34,070 nucleotides of DNA from Candidatus Altiarchaeota archaeon (GCA_030590165.1 JAUUZA010000003.1:1-34070), one strand, 5' to 3'; shown: positions 10,146-19,396, counted from the first letter of the stretch. Made by a program: numbers and translations. The notes: generated from the letters alone by a model not told the origin.

Positions 10146-11436
10146 GTTTTGGTAATTCAAGTTTTCCTACTATTCCAAATCCAAGTACAGTTTCATAGGC
10201 TATTATTCTTTCTTCTCCGGGTTCAAGCCTTCCCAAAGCCCAAGTAAGAATAGTTCCATCTCTGGTTTTGGATGTGTCTGGTTTAACAATATATGCCTTT
10301 GTAACTTGAGCAATTCTTGGGACGAGGTCGCTAAGCACAGCCTCATTGACGGGTTCGTCTGAACTATTTATTACAACAAGTTTAATTTTGAATCTAGTTG
10401 AATCTTCTCCAGGTAATTGTTCAACAATCTTTTTTACTTCTACTGCCTCTGGCTTTTGAATTATTAAAACAATGGCAATTACAAAGAGGATTAAAATAAT
10501 TGAATATGGGATATAATCAATTGAATATGACCCAATAATGACTTCTTGTCCCGGTTGGAGTCGATATTCCCATGTTAAAAGATAATCCGTACCGCTCCTT
10601 GTGATTTCTGGTGTTGGATTTGCTTCGAGTAGGGGTCTATCAAAGAGACTAATTTTCTCTGTTACATTTCCTCTTTCAAAAATATTTCCAATATTTTTAC
10701 CTACATATGTAACTTCCTTCCCAAGAAGTTTCGTTTGAATACTTTTTTCAATTTCGACTTTTCCTATTTCTTCAATTAAAACCTTTGTTTGATTGGATAA
10801 ATTTTTCCCAGTTAAATGAACTCTTAATATATAATTTCCTGGGCTTTGTGTTTCAGGAATATTAAGCGTAAAACTTTTTTCAATTTTATCGAGTGAGCCA
10901 GTTACTCTTGAAACTTCTACATCTTCACTATTAATAAACATCAAATCAACATCTGAAGGTAGAAGGCTTATTGGAATTTCAAGAGCTACGATTAAAGTAT
11001 CTCCAGGATTAACTGTTTCTTGAGTTTTCATTTTTATAAAACGTGCTTCACTTTCTATTTCTTCTTCAGAAGGTTCGCCGGAAACTTTGATTATTAAATT
11101 TCCTTTCCATACATTTTCATCGGTTTCTTGGTTACGCAATTCCAATAAGTAAAGATAAGATGTTGGTGTTGCCTTATCGCTGAAGTCAAAAGTAATTATT
11201 TCAGTTTGACCTGATTGAAGAATAAGTTGACTTGTTGAGGCCCTTATCCAAGTTGGAATACCTGTAATTGCAAGTTTTAATGTTATTGGGCTACCTTCAT
11301 TATTTGTAACTAAAAGATCAAAGGAAGTTTCTTCACCTTCATTTATATTTGCTACATTAGATGACATAAGTGCGGAAATATCGAGAGCAAAACCAATAGA
11401 TAACATAAAAACGATTACGAGACTGAGCCTCTTCAT
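10123..11436 (-). CDS. secreted/membrane-anchored protein with beta-rich Ig-like domains
   Basis: N-terminal signal peptide (MKRLSLVIVFMLSIGFA), beta-rich body, internal TM (YIPYSIILILFVIAIVLII) and C-terminal DUF11-like LTWALGRLEPGEERII. Confidence 0.75.
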   Translation of the reverse strand: MKRLSLVIVFMLSIGFALDISALMSSNVANINEGEETSFDLLVTNNEGSPITLKLAITGIPTWIRASTSQLILQSGQTEIITFDFSDKATPTSYLYLLELRNQETDENVWKGNLIIKVSGEPSEEEIESEARFIKMKTQETVNPGDTLIVALEIPISLLPSDVDLMFINSEDVEVSRVTGSLDKIEKSFTLNIPETQSPGNYILRVHLTGKNLSNQTKVLIEEIGKVEIEKSIQTKLLGKEVTYVGKNIGNIFERGNVTEKISLFDRPLLEANPTPEITRSGTDYLLTWEYRLQPGQEVIIGSYSIDYIPYSIILILFVIAIVLIIQKPEAVEVKKIVEQLPGEDSTRFKIKLVVINSSDEPVNEAVLSDLVPRIAQVTKAYIVKPDTSKTRDGTILTWALGRLEPGEERIIAYETVLGFGIVGKLELPKPSVSWKK

Positions 11437-11443
11437 GTTTTTC

Positions 11444-11665
11444 TTACACCTCTTGGCATATAAAGTATCCTGCTCGCTTACTTCTCGCTTTTCTTTTTAT
11501 TATTTTTTTCTTAAGAAGTTCTTGTAAACTCTGATTAACTTGACCTTTCCCCATTTTTACTTTTTCCATTATTTGGTCAGCACTTTTTGTTTTATCTTCG
11601 GATTTAGCACCCAAAGTATCCATAGCATCGTATATCTTTCTTGCGAAAGGAGTTAAATCAACCAT
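11444..11665 (-). CDS. small winged-helix DNA-binding protein
   Basis: 73 aa, basic. SADQIMEKVKMGKGQVNQSLQELLKKKIIKR…GYF wHTH pattern; SD AGGTGA. Confidence 0.75.
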   Translation of the reverse strand: MVDLTPFARKIYDAMDTLGAKSEDKTKSADQIMEKVKMGKGQVNQSLQELLKKKIIKRKARSKRAGYFICQEV

Positions 11666-11776
11666 TAGTTCACCTGCAACATTTTTTGAGGAAATTTATA
11701 AATATATGTCAAAAAGCCGCCATTTTTGAGTGATTTTTGCCACAAGATTTTTAATTACCATCTAACTTGTTAAACT

Positions 11777-11971
11777 ATGGGTAATGTACGCTCAACTCTC
11801 GTTAAAAGGACGGCAAGAAAAACGCTTTTGAAATATCCCGATAAATTCGAGGCAAATTTCGAGCACAATAAACACAAAATAAGTGAGCTATTGATTCTTC
11901 CTAGTAAACGAATGAGAAATATGGTAGCAGGTTATTTGACTTGTTTATTCAAGCAAAAAAACCGAAAATAA
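11777..11971 (+). CDS. rps17e: 30S ribosomal protein S17e
   Basis: MGNVRSTLVKRTA…FEHNK…SKRMRNMVAGY. Confidence 0.97.
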   Translation: MGNVRSTLVKRTARKTLLKYPDKFEANFEHNKHKISELLILPSKRMRNMVAGYLTCLFKQKNRK

Positions 11972-11987
11972 ATTAATTCAGTTTGTC

Positions 11988-12062
11988 GCCCCATTCGTCT
12001 AGCTCGGCCAAGGATGCTGGCCTTTCAAGCCAGTGACGCGGGTTCAAATCCCGCATGGGGCA
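11988..12062 (+). tRNA. tRNA-Glu(TTC)
   Basis: Acceptor GCCCCAT/ATGGGGC, anticodon arm CTGGC-CTTTCAA-GCCAG, GGTTCAAATCC. Confidence 0.96.
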
Positions 12063-12117
12063 ACCTTTTTCTTCGTCGCCCTCGCTTAACTTGGGCTCCT
12101 TGAAAAAGGTTGACGAA
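12061..12117. repeat. inverted-repeat hairpin directly after tRNA-Glu
   Basis: CAACCTTTTTC (12061-12071) / GAAAAAGGTTG (12102-12112) perfect 11-bp inverted repeat with inner GCCC/GGGC. Confidence 0.7.
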
Positions 12118-12192
12118 ATCAATGCCTTATATTAAAAAATATTAATTTTAATGAAAATTTGCATTTGGTAATCTTTCCCACTTTGTGGGGAT

Positions 12193-12453
12193 TTATTTTT
12201 CATTTGACAATTTTTCAATTTTATATAATAATTGTTCTTTGACTGAATTTGAGCTTTCAAATAAAGGACTAAAATTTTCTAAATTTTTTTGGTGTTTATT
12301 TAATTCATAAGATAGGTCTGTCGTCATTTTACCCTCTTTTTCAGCTACAATATATTTTCCTATGAATTCATTAATTTCTTCAAAATCTACATTTGTTGGT
12401 GTATATTCTTCCGGACATTTTTCATTATTTAGCATGATTTTGTATAATGACAA
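12193..12453 (-). CDS. hypothetical protein
   Basis: 86-aa ORF, AT-rich; start uncertain. Confidence 0.45.
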   Translation of the reverse strand: MSLYKIMLNNEKCPEEYTPTNVDFEEINEFIGKYIVAEKEGKMTTDLSYELNKHQKNLENFSPLFESSNSVKEQLLYKIEKLSNEK

Positions 12454-12511
12454 GGTTTAAATTATTATTAATAATTTTTTAATTATTTTAAGGGTTAGAT
12501 ATAGTTTTGTT

Positions 12512-12910
12512 TTATCTTTTGAAATAAGAGGGAACTTTATTTCCCTTCAAAAAATCCCTATACCTAAATTTTAAAATTGGTGTTAGATTGTTTTTTTCAT
12601 CTTTAGAAAGTGTATAATATTCCCTTGTGAGCATATTAAGTCGATTAGTTATTTTCTTTTTTTCTTGGCTATTGACTTTTTTATTATATGTAATTAAAGA
12701 ACTGCCATATGAACATCCTTCTTGGCAAGGATTAAGGTTGAATTTATTAGGTAAGTGATAGTCTTTATAGATTATACTTTTAGAAACAGTTTTTTGTGTT
12801 TGTTCTGGTAAAAGACCTAACTCCTTAATTTCTGCTTTTTGTATGGTTTCTTGGAGTATATTCTTTTTTTCATTTTCAAGAGAGTACATTAGGATTTTGT
12901 CATCACTCAT
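12512..12910 (-). CDS. hypothetical protein
   Basis: 132-aa ORF with ATG start and TATA-like sequence upstream. Confidence 0.55.
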   Translation of the reverse strand: MSDDKILMYSLENEKKNILQETIQKAEIKELGLLPEQTQKTVSKSIIYKDYHLPNKFNLNPCQEGCSYGSSLITYNKKVNSQEKKKITNRLNMLTREYYTLSKDEKNNLTPILKFRYRDFLKGNKVPSYFKR

Positions 12911-13022
12911 AAGTTTATAATCCTAATTTCTCTTTATAATATTTTATGTCACTAGACTGGCTTTTAAGAAGTTTAAGTATTTTTACAGCTCATGATATAA
13001 GAAAATAAGAGAAAAAAGGAGT

Positions 13023-14054
13023 TTAAATCTCCTTGAATTCTTGTCCTTCTAAGACTTTCATTTCTCTGAATATGTGCGAGCTGTCGCTTTCAATTGTTCC
13101 GAAATTTATCCAGAATTCACTAAATCCAATGTAAGCATCAAAATCACCATTTATTATTACTGTTGGAACTTTTGTTATATTGTATTTAGTAATTAATTCA
13201 AGTCCAAGGCTCTCATTTGTATAAACAGTTGTTTCAACATCAATGTAAAGACCTAATTGTTGTAGTGCCCCCTTGTGTAATATGGGGTCATAACAATTTT
13301 CACAAGTTGGGTCATCAACATAAGTTAAGTTTATCAAACCTCTTACTTCTTTATTTGAGAGTTGTAAATAAGGAACTTGTTCTTGATAAACAATTTTTCC
13401 ATTTATTTCAGTTGAGGTACTTAGAATTGCTTGGTAAAGGTCTGTGTATTCACTTAACCCCTCAATTAATAGTACTGGAACATTTTCAATTTCATAAAGT
13501 GAAATGAGTTCACTTGCTTCAGTATAATCAATAACGATTAGTTCTTCAAGATACATTCCGTTTCCTTGTAAAGCATCAACTATAACTCCAATTTCAGCAC
13601 ATTTTTCACAATCATCAGCTGTGATTTGAGTTATTGTAACTTTTCCCTTCATTTCCCCAAGGACATCAATGTAAGGAACAATTTTTGATTCATAAATTAG
13701 GGCCTCTTTATTCTTTGAAAAGTCTGAAAGGCTGATTTTTTCTGTATCGCCCTTAATTATAATAGCTGGAAATCTTTCAATTCCATATTCAGTGGTCAAG
13801 ACCTTTCCCTCAACCGAATCAAAACTAATTCCAATTTCACTCGTAATTTTTATTGAATCTTTATTTAATTTTGATCTGATTATGTTTATGTTTTCACAAA
13901 TTTCACAATCAGTTGTTAAAATTGTCACTGAAATTTTTGCAGGAGCTTCGGTTTGTAAATAGCCTACATATTTTGTGGCAGTTACTGCAAAGCTAGTTAA
14001 TGTTAATAATGAAATTGCTAAAACCAAAATTGGAAAATGTTGTTTGAAATCCAT
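13023..14054 (-). CDS. exported protein with three tandem thioredoxin-like CxxC domains
   Basis: Signal/anchor, then CEIC…YGIERFPAIII, CEKC…YEIENVPVLLI and CENC…YNITKVPTVII. Confidence 0.8.
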   Translation of the reverse strand: MDFKQHFPILVLAISLLTLTSFAVTATKYVGYLQTEAPAKISVTILTTDCEICENINIIRSKLNKDSIKITSEIGISFDSVEGKVLTTEYGIERFPAIIIKGDTEKISLSDFSKNKEALIYESKIVPYIDVLGEMKGKVTITQITADDCEKCAEIGVIVDALQGNGMYLEELIVIDYTEASELISLYEIENVPVLLIEGLSEYTDLYQAILSTSTEINGKIVYQEQVPYLQLSNKEVRGLINLTYVDDPTCENCYDPILHKGALQQLGLYIDVETTVYTNESLGLELITKYNITKVPTVIINGDFDAYIGFSEFWINFGTIESDSSHIFREMKVLEGQEFKEI

Positions 14055-14132
14055 ACTTCAGAAGAAAAAGGGGGATTAAATGTTTTTCCCTACCGAATGT
14101 ATTAAAAGGAATTCTTGAGAAAGTAGAATATT

Positions 14133-14214
14133 GCCAAGATGGCTGAATGGTAAGGCGCTGGCCTTGAGAGTCAGTTTCCCTCGGGAAGTAAGGGTTCGAG
14201 TCCCTTTCTTGGCG
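14133..14214 (+). tRNA. tRNA-Ser(TGA)
   Basis: GCCAAGA/TCTTGGC, CTGGC-CTTGAGA-GTCAG, long variable arm, G discriminator. Confidence 0.95.
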
Positions 14215-14278
14215 AAGAAGTTTTTTTTCGTTTCGTCCTTTTTATTTGTAGAATTCCTCTCAAAAACCTTCATCAAAT

Positions 14279-14686
14279 TTAAATAATTTTCTGGAGTTTT
14301 TTTCCTGGTTTTAAGGTATAAGTTTTTCCTTTCTTTTCCTTTATCACTAGGCCTTTGTTTTCAAGGGCTCTAATTGTTCTGTGAGATTTGACTTTCCCAA
14401 TTTTTTTTGAAACTTCAGTTTGAAGTCCCTTGTTTAATGCAATAAGGATTACTTCTTTTTCGTCTCTTGAAAAAAGTTCAGCTAAATCATTTTTATTAAT
14501 TTTTGAAAGAAGTTGAGGTATGGAATAACCTAAGAAAAATCCCAAGATGTAAATTACAGGCATTAGATAGGGTGTCATATAGACATAATTACACAAGATT
14601 CCTCTTGCAAGATGATTTCCAATATACATTGAAAATAAACTGACTGCCGTAAGTGACCCAAAAGAGACTATAATCCATTTATTCAT
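14279..14686 (-). CDS. membrane protein with C-terminal winged-helix domain (putative membrane-bound regulator)
   Basis: Two N-terminal hydrophobic segments, then LQTEVSKKIGKVKSHRTIRALENKGLVIKEKKGKTY. Confidence 0.75.
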   Translation of the reverse strand: MNKWIIVSFGSLTAVSLFSMYIGNHLARGILCNYVYMTPYLMPVIYILGFFLGYSIPQLLSKINKNDLAELFSRDEKEVILIALNKGLQTEVSKKIGKVKSHRTIRALENKGLVIKEKKGKTYTLKPGKKLQKII

Positions 14687-14743
14687 ATTCTGATTATTCT
14701 TTAAGTCTTAAAAAGGATATATGACTCTAATTAGAGTTGAGTA

Positions 14744-14828
14744 GCGAGAGTGGCGGAGTCTGGTCAAACGCGCAGGACTTAAGATCCTGTCCAAAGTTGG
14801 TTCGCCGGTTCGAATCCGGCCTCTCGCA
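14744..14828 (+). tRNA. tRNA-Leu(TAA)
   Basis: GCGAGAG/CTCTCGC, CAGGA-CTTAAGA-TCCTG, long variable arm. Confidence 0.96.
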
Positions 14829-14840
14829 TATTATTTTCAT

Positions 14841-15851
14841 ATGGTGAGAAAAATGAATTATCCAAGACTTGAACAAGGTAGTAAATTAGGAATTATTTCT
14901 CCCTCATCAGGTCTTGCTGGACTCTTCCCACATAGGATTGAAAGGGGAATTAAGTTATTGGAAAAACAAGGATTTCAAGTTGTTTTGGGAAAGAATGCGC
15001 TTAAGAAAGGGCAGATAAGCGGGAAACCTGAAGAACGAGCTGAAGATTTGAATAATTTTATTAATGATGATGAAATTAAGGGAATTCTTACGACTATCGG
15101 TGGAGATTATTCAATTCAACTTTTGGAGCTCGTCGATTTTGAAGGTATGAAAAAGTCACCTAAAATTTTTATGGGGTTTTCTGATATAACAGTATTACAC
15201 TTGGCTTTTTTAAAAAATTCAAAAGTTTCAACATTTTATGGGCCTTCTCTTCTTTCAAATTTTGGTGAAGTTAATCCACTTGAGTTTACATTGAAATCAT
15301 TTATTGAATCAACGAAACGCAAATCAATTGATTTGCACAATGTTGTTGAGTATACTGATGAGTTTATTGATTGGTCTGAAGATAAACCAAAAACTATTTT
15401 CAAAAAAACTAAATTGACAGTTCTTAGAGAAGGGGTTGCAAAGGGAAATTTAATTGGAGGATGTTTACCAAGTATTTTGAGAACTGCAGGTACAACGGTT
15501 TTTCCAAATTTTAAGAAAGGTATAGTTTTTTTAGAATTACCTGAGGGGAATTTACCTTCAGATTCATATTCACTTTCTGAAACTGATGCAGATATTTCTC
15601 AACTTATTGAAATGGGATTTTTTGAAAATTGTAAAGGGCTTTTATTTGGAATTCCTTACAGGTATTCAGATTCATTAAAAAAACAATTTCATTCCTTGAT
15701 TTTAGAAAGGTTAAAAGAATTCGATTTTCCAATTATTGCGGAGTTGAATTTTGGTCATACTGACCCAATATATACTCTACCTTATTGGCATAAGACCAAA
15801 ATAAAATCAACTGATTCTGATGCCGTGATACATATTGACGGTTTAGATTGA
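14841..15851 (+). CDS. S66 family peptidase (LD-carboxypeptidase / MccF-like)
   Basis: ISPSS, ERAEDLN, IGGDYS, GFSDIT (catalytic Ser), YGP, GNLIGGCL, FLE (Glu) and FGHTDP (His). Confidence 0.93.
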   Translation: MVRKMNYPRLEQGSKLGIISPSSGLAGLFPHRIERGIKLLEKQGFQVVLGKNALKKGQISGKPEERAEDLNNFINDDEIKGILTTIGGDYSIQLLELVDFEGMKKSPKIFMGFSDITVLHLAFLKNSKVSTFYGPSLLSNFGEVNPLEFTLKSFIESTKRKSIDLHNVVEYTDEFIDWSEDKPKTIFKKTKLTVLREGVAKGNLIGGCLPSILRTAGTTVFPNFKKGIVFLELPEGNLPSDSYSLSETDADISQLIEMGFFENCKGLLFGIPYRYSDSLKKQFHSLILERLKEFDFPIIAELNFGHTDPIYTLPYWHKTKIKSTDSDAVIHIDGLD

Positions 15852-15898
15852 AAAACTGAAAATGTAGAGTAACAAAAGTTTTCCAGCGAAGCGGGATT

Positions 15899-15972
15899 TG
15901 GGACCGCGGGGATTTGAACCCCGGATCACTAGCACCCCAAGCTAGCATCATTCCAAGCTAGACTACGGTCCC
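15899..15972 (-). tRNA. tRNA-Pro(GGG)
   Basis: Minus strand GGGACCG/CGGTCCC, CTAGC-TTGGGGT-GCTAG, GGTTCAAATCC. Confidence 0.95.
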
Positions 15973-15987
15973 GATTGATTAATTAAA

Positions 15988-16191
15988 TTATTTCAAAAGG
16001 TCTTCAAGTTTTTCGTCCATTTCGTCTTCTTTTTGAGATGCTTGAAGGTCGACGCCTAATGATTTTAGAGATTTAAGATGAGCTGCAATAAGTTGGTCTA
16101 CAATACCCACCATCTTTGCCAATTCTTGTCGTTCTTTTACTAAGGTAGCAATAGAACCCTTATGAAATCCAATTTGTTCTTCGTTAGCCAT
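15988..16191 (-). CDS. small helical hypothetical protein
   Basis: MANEEQIGFHKGSIATLVKERQEL…; ATG at 16191 preferred over the ORF-track start. Resembles small proteins I recall from DPANN archaea (unverified). Confidence 0.7.
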   Translation of the reverse strand: MANEEQIGFHKGSIATLVKERQELAKMVGIVDQLIAAHLKSLKSLGVDLQASQKEDEMDEKLEDLLK

Positions 16192-16281
16192 AGTTTTTAG
16201 GAACAAAAGGGAATTATAGCTTTTCGGTTATAGAAACACTTATTAAACTATTACGAAAAATAGAGATTGCTACTAACAGTT

Positions 16282-16354
16282 GCCCCTGTGGTGTAGTTGG
16301 CTATCATTCGGGACTGTCACTCCCGCGACTCGGGTTCGAATCCCGGCGGGGGCG
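16282..16354 (+). tRNA. tRNA-Asp(GTC)
   Basis: GCCCCTG/CGGGGGC, CGGGA-CTGTCAC-TCCCG, GGTTCGAATCC. Confidence 0.96.
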
Positions 16355-16392
16355 CTTTTAATTTTAAGGAATTAATTATGTACTTAGAAAAT

Positions 16393-17187
16393 TTAGTGTT
16401 GTCCCCAATAATGATTGAAATCTTTTTTAGCATCAATTGATTTTTTCTTATTTAATTCTTCAAAAAGTTCTTTCATTATTATTTCTTGAGGGTTTCGATT
16501 TTTTCTAAGAAATACATCATCATAAGATACCCTATTTATCTTGAATGGTTTTTTTCCGTTATAATTAGAAGGTCTTCCTGTAACATATTTTGAACCACGA
16601 TATTTCAGTTCTGTTGAATTTCCAATTTCTACAAAATTTACCCCTTTTTCAGAAAGGTAATTTATTAATTGATACATTTCTTCTCCAATTAATAAAGCTT
16701 CATCAATATCTTTGGTGTAAATTGTGAAAGCCTTTCCTTTTTGAGTTCCACTTAAACCATTCCATCCTTCTTCATTTTTGACATGTTTGAAGAAGGCACG
16801 TTTACTTATGAGATATGATGTGATTAATTCCATAAATAATTCATCATAATCTTCAGGAGCACTTATGTGAATTTTGATTCCTTGTTCAGGTAAATTTAAA
16901 TTTTGAAAATCATATTGTTTCCATAAATGATTTTTAGAAATATCATAATATCTATTTTCGGGGGATGCTTTTACTGGAAATTTTTTTATATTGTCTCTTA
17001 AATTATGTGAATTTGTAATTTTTTGATAAAGTTTGGGGTTTTCTGTTTTCTCAGCTAAATAAATATACCTTAAGATTTCATCAAAAGTATATTCATCTTG
17101 AGAACCTTTGATAGTGCCAAGTTTAGTTAAGGAATTTATGTTGTCCACAACATCTTGAAAAGAGTGGGTTGGGTTTTTGAATGGCAT
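16393..17187 (-). CDS. stand-alone phosphothreonine lyase-like protein (LanKC/RamC N-terminal, OspF/SpvC-like motifs)
   Basis: LPEQGIKIHISA…AFFKH…QKGKAFTIYT matches the QGWKIHVSA…FK…GKFITIYP pattern of class III/IV lanthipeptide lyase domains. Confidence 0.7.
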   Translation of the reverse strand: MPFKNPTHSFQDVVDNINSLTKLGTIKGSQDEYTFDEILRYIYLAEKTENPKLYQKITNSHNLRDNIKKFPVKASPENRYYDISKNHLWKQYDFQNLNLPEQGIKIHISAPEDYDELFMELITSYLISKRAFFKHVKNEEGWNGLSGTQKGKAFTIYTKDIDEALLIGEEMYQLINYLSEKGVNFVEIGNSTELKYRGSKYVTGRPSNYNGKKPFKINRVSYDDVFLRKNRNPQEIIMKELFEELNKKKSIDAKKDFNHYWGQH

Positions 17188-17304
17188 ATTATAGCATTTT
17201 TACATTTCTCATTTATAAAGTTATTTCTTAATAGTAGTAAATAGAGTTAAACTTAACTTTTAAGAACTCTTTAAAAAGAATAAGTTTGAGTATTAATCTA
17301 ACGC

Positions 17305-17376
17305 GGGCTGGTGGTCTAGTGGAATGACGCTACCTTGGCATGGTAGAGGTCGGGGGTTCAAATCCCTCCCAGTCCA
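17305..17376 (+). tRNA. tRNA-Ala(GGC)
   Basis: GGGCTGG/CCAGTCC with the G3:U70 identity pair, CTACC-TTGGCAT-GGTAG. Confidence 0.96.
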
Positions 17377-17431
17377 TCCCACTCCTACTCTACGCTGGAT
17401 TCGGGATTCGTCGTTTTTCGTTCACATTATT

Positions 17432-18046
17432 TTATTTTCCTAAAAATTTTAGGAGAAATAAGGATAGTGTTGAAATTGAGATATTGTCATCGAATCGAGG
17501 AAGAGTTTCAATCAAGGCAAGGACTAAGGGGAGAATTATTATTGTTGCGTCCTGAAAATAATAGAGAGTTATTATTATTCCTGAAATAAAAAAAGCAAGA
17601 GTGCCTTCAATTGTTTTTCTTGGGTTGTGAGGCCATTTTGTTTTTCCCAACATAATTCCAAAAATAGTTGAAAAAGTATCTGAAGCATTTAAGAGAATTG
17701 AAAGTTCAATAAGTAAGAGATTGATTTTGAGGATGAAGCCAATAAAAATTATTAAGAGTATTCCAGTTAGTAAAGTAAAGACTCCGAGACCTGGAGAAAA
17801 TAATACATTTTCAGGGCGGTCAAATTTTTTGATGCAAAAACTTATTATTGGAATATTTTTTCCACGTATACAAAATTCTGAGATAAGAATCCCAATGAAA
17901 AGGGCTGAAGAAAGAAGGGGGATAATTTGAAAATTAATAATTCGGAATAATAATGCTAAAGCCAACACCAAGAAAAAATGAATTAATTTTCTTTTGATTT
18001 CAATGCTTAACTCATCCACTACTTTTATATTTTTCATTTTAAACAC
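17432..18046 (-). CDS. CTP-dependent polyprenol/diacylglycerol kinase (SEC59/DGK1/VTE5 family)
   Basis: Multi-TM protein with RKLIH, SDTFSTIFG, NPRKTIEGT and DDNI. Confidence 0.88.
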   Translation of the reverse strand: MFKMKNIKVVDELSIEIKRKLIHFFLVLALALLFRIINFQIIPLLSSALFIGILISEFCIRGKNIPIISFCIKKFDRPENVLFSPGLGVFTLLTGILLIIFIGFILKINLLLIELSILLNASDTFSTIFGIMLGKTKWPHNPRKTIEGTLAFFISGIIITLYYFQDATIIILPLVLALIETLPRFDDNISISTLSLFLLKFLGK

Positions 18047-18416
18047 TCATTACAAAATACATTAGTGTTATTGTGATTAACACTAAAAGAACTGCGATTT
18101 TTTTTAGTCCAATTGGCTTGTTGAAAAAAGAGGCTAGTTTTTTTGGAAATGTTTCAAACATTACTGCCCTTGTTGGAGTTATAGCTCCTACAATTTTATT
18201 TTTATTTTTTAAAATAAGAGTGTCTTCAAGTGTAAAGAAAGAACCGTCCCTAATAAATTCAATATTTCGCCACTCATGTTTTTGAATTGTCTCAATTTTT
18301 AATTTAGGGTCCAAGGTTTGTTTTATTTTTTTTAAGTTTTGTTTTTTCCAACTATACTTTACAATTTTTTTCTTGTAAAAAATATCATTTAAATTTTTAT
18401 AACTGATTTTTTTCAC
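18039..18416 (-). CDS. hypothetical protein with C-terminal TM helix
   Basis: 125 aa, basic, C-terminal IAVLLVLITITLMYFV; overlaps the start of the next gene. Confidence 0.6.
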   Translation of the reverse strand: MKKISYKNLNDIFYKKKIVKYSWKKQNLKKIKQTLDPKLKIETIQKHEWRNIEFIRDGSFFTLEDTLILKNKNKIVGAITPTRAVMFETFPKKLASFFNKPIGLKKIAVLLVLITITLMYFVMSV

Positions 18417-18485
18417 TTGAATTTATTTATTATGGGTTTAAATTGAAGATGCATTGATTTATAATATTTTGAAAAAGGGGAATAC

Positions 18486-19379
18486 GTGCTTACGCTTTCA
18501 CTTGGTTTGTTGTTGTTGATAATTGGCGCTGAATTAGTTGCTAATGGTGTTAAGCAAGTCTCAAAACTTTTTGGTTTTTTTGGCACTTCTTTTGGGTTTG
18601 TGCTTGTCGCAATTTCTTCTTCTTTACCTGGGCTTTCAATGAGTTTATTTTCCGCATTCGAAACTCCTGAATTGATTATGTATTTAGTTGTTACAAATTT
18701 TATTTTTCAGATGACTTTTTTCTTGGGTATGATTGGTGCGGTTAAAAAAACAATTTGTTTTGTTAATCTTGGGGTTAATTTCAAATATTTATTATTGATG
18801 AGTATTATTGTTTTCATTGCATCATTGGATGGGATTGTAGATGGATTTGAAGGAAGTGTTATACTCATTATATATTTTTCAAGATTGGTGTTAATGAAAG
18901 TAAGGCGTCAAACCTTATTTGAAAATCCCTTGAGATTTTTGTCAGATAGTTTGGGTGGATTGATGATGTTGCTTGCTGGAGGTATAATGATATTGATTGG
19001 AACGCGTGGTGCAATTGAAGGTGCCATTTCATTTGTTGAACCTTTTACACCGCTCATTGGTGTTGTTGGAATATTACTTGCTGTGATTACTCTTTTCCCT
19101 ACTTTTTCTTTTTCATTGATAGCCTCTTCTAAAGGTAAGTGTAATGAGGCTATATCTAATTTAATCGAATCCAGTTTTTTTATGTTAGCAGTTCCAATTG
19201 GATTTGCATCATTATTATTTCCAATTCCAGTTAACTCACAGTTTTTTGCTTTTTGTATGGGGGTGTCATTTTTGGCTTTACTTCTTTTTCATAATGGGTG
19301 TTTCTCGAAGTGGAAGGCGTTTATTATTGGGTCGGCTGGGATACCTTTTGTTTTGTTTATGAAATCTATTTTAAGTTAA
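18486..19379 (+). CDS. Ca2+/cation antiporter (CaCA, YrbG/NCX-like) homolog with degenerate alpha-repeats
   Basis: About 10 TM in two repeats; GAELV and LDGIVDGFEG. Alpha-repeats read SSSLPG and ITLFPT instead of GTSLPE. Confidence 0.8.
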   Translation: MLTLSLGLLLLIIGAELVANGVKQVSKLFGFFGTSFGFVLVAISSSLPGLSMSLFSAFETPELIMYLVVTNFIFQMTFFLGMIGAVKKTICFVNLGVNFKYLLLMSIIVFIASLDGIVDGFEGSVILIIYFSRLVLMKVRRQTLFENPLRFLSDSLGGLMMLLAGGIMILIGTRGAIEGAISFVEPFTPLIGVVGILLAVITLFPTFSFSLIASSKGKCNEAISNLIESSFFMLAVPIGFASLLFPIPVNSQFFAFCMGVSFLALLLFHNGCFSKWKAFIIGSAGIPFVLFMKSILS

Positions 19380-19396
19380 AATGAGCATAATTCATA

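Noticed and set aside
9648-17187. Kinase (9648) plus lyase (16393) as a split class III lanthipeptide synthetase
   Set aside because: They are 6 kb apart with unrelated genes between, there is no cyclase or precursor, and the kinase looks like an ordinary small archaeal type.
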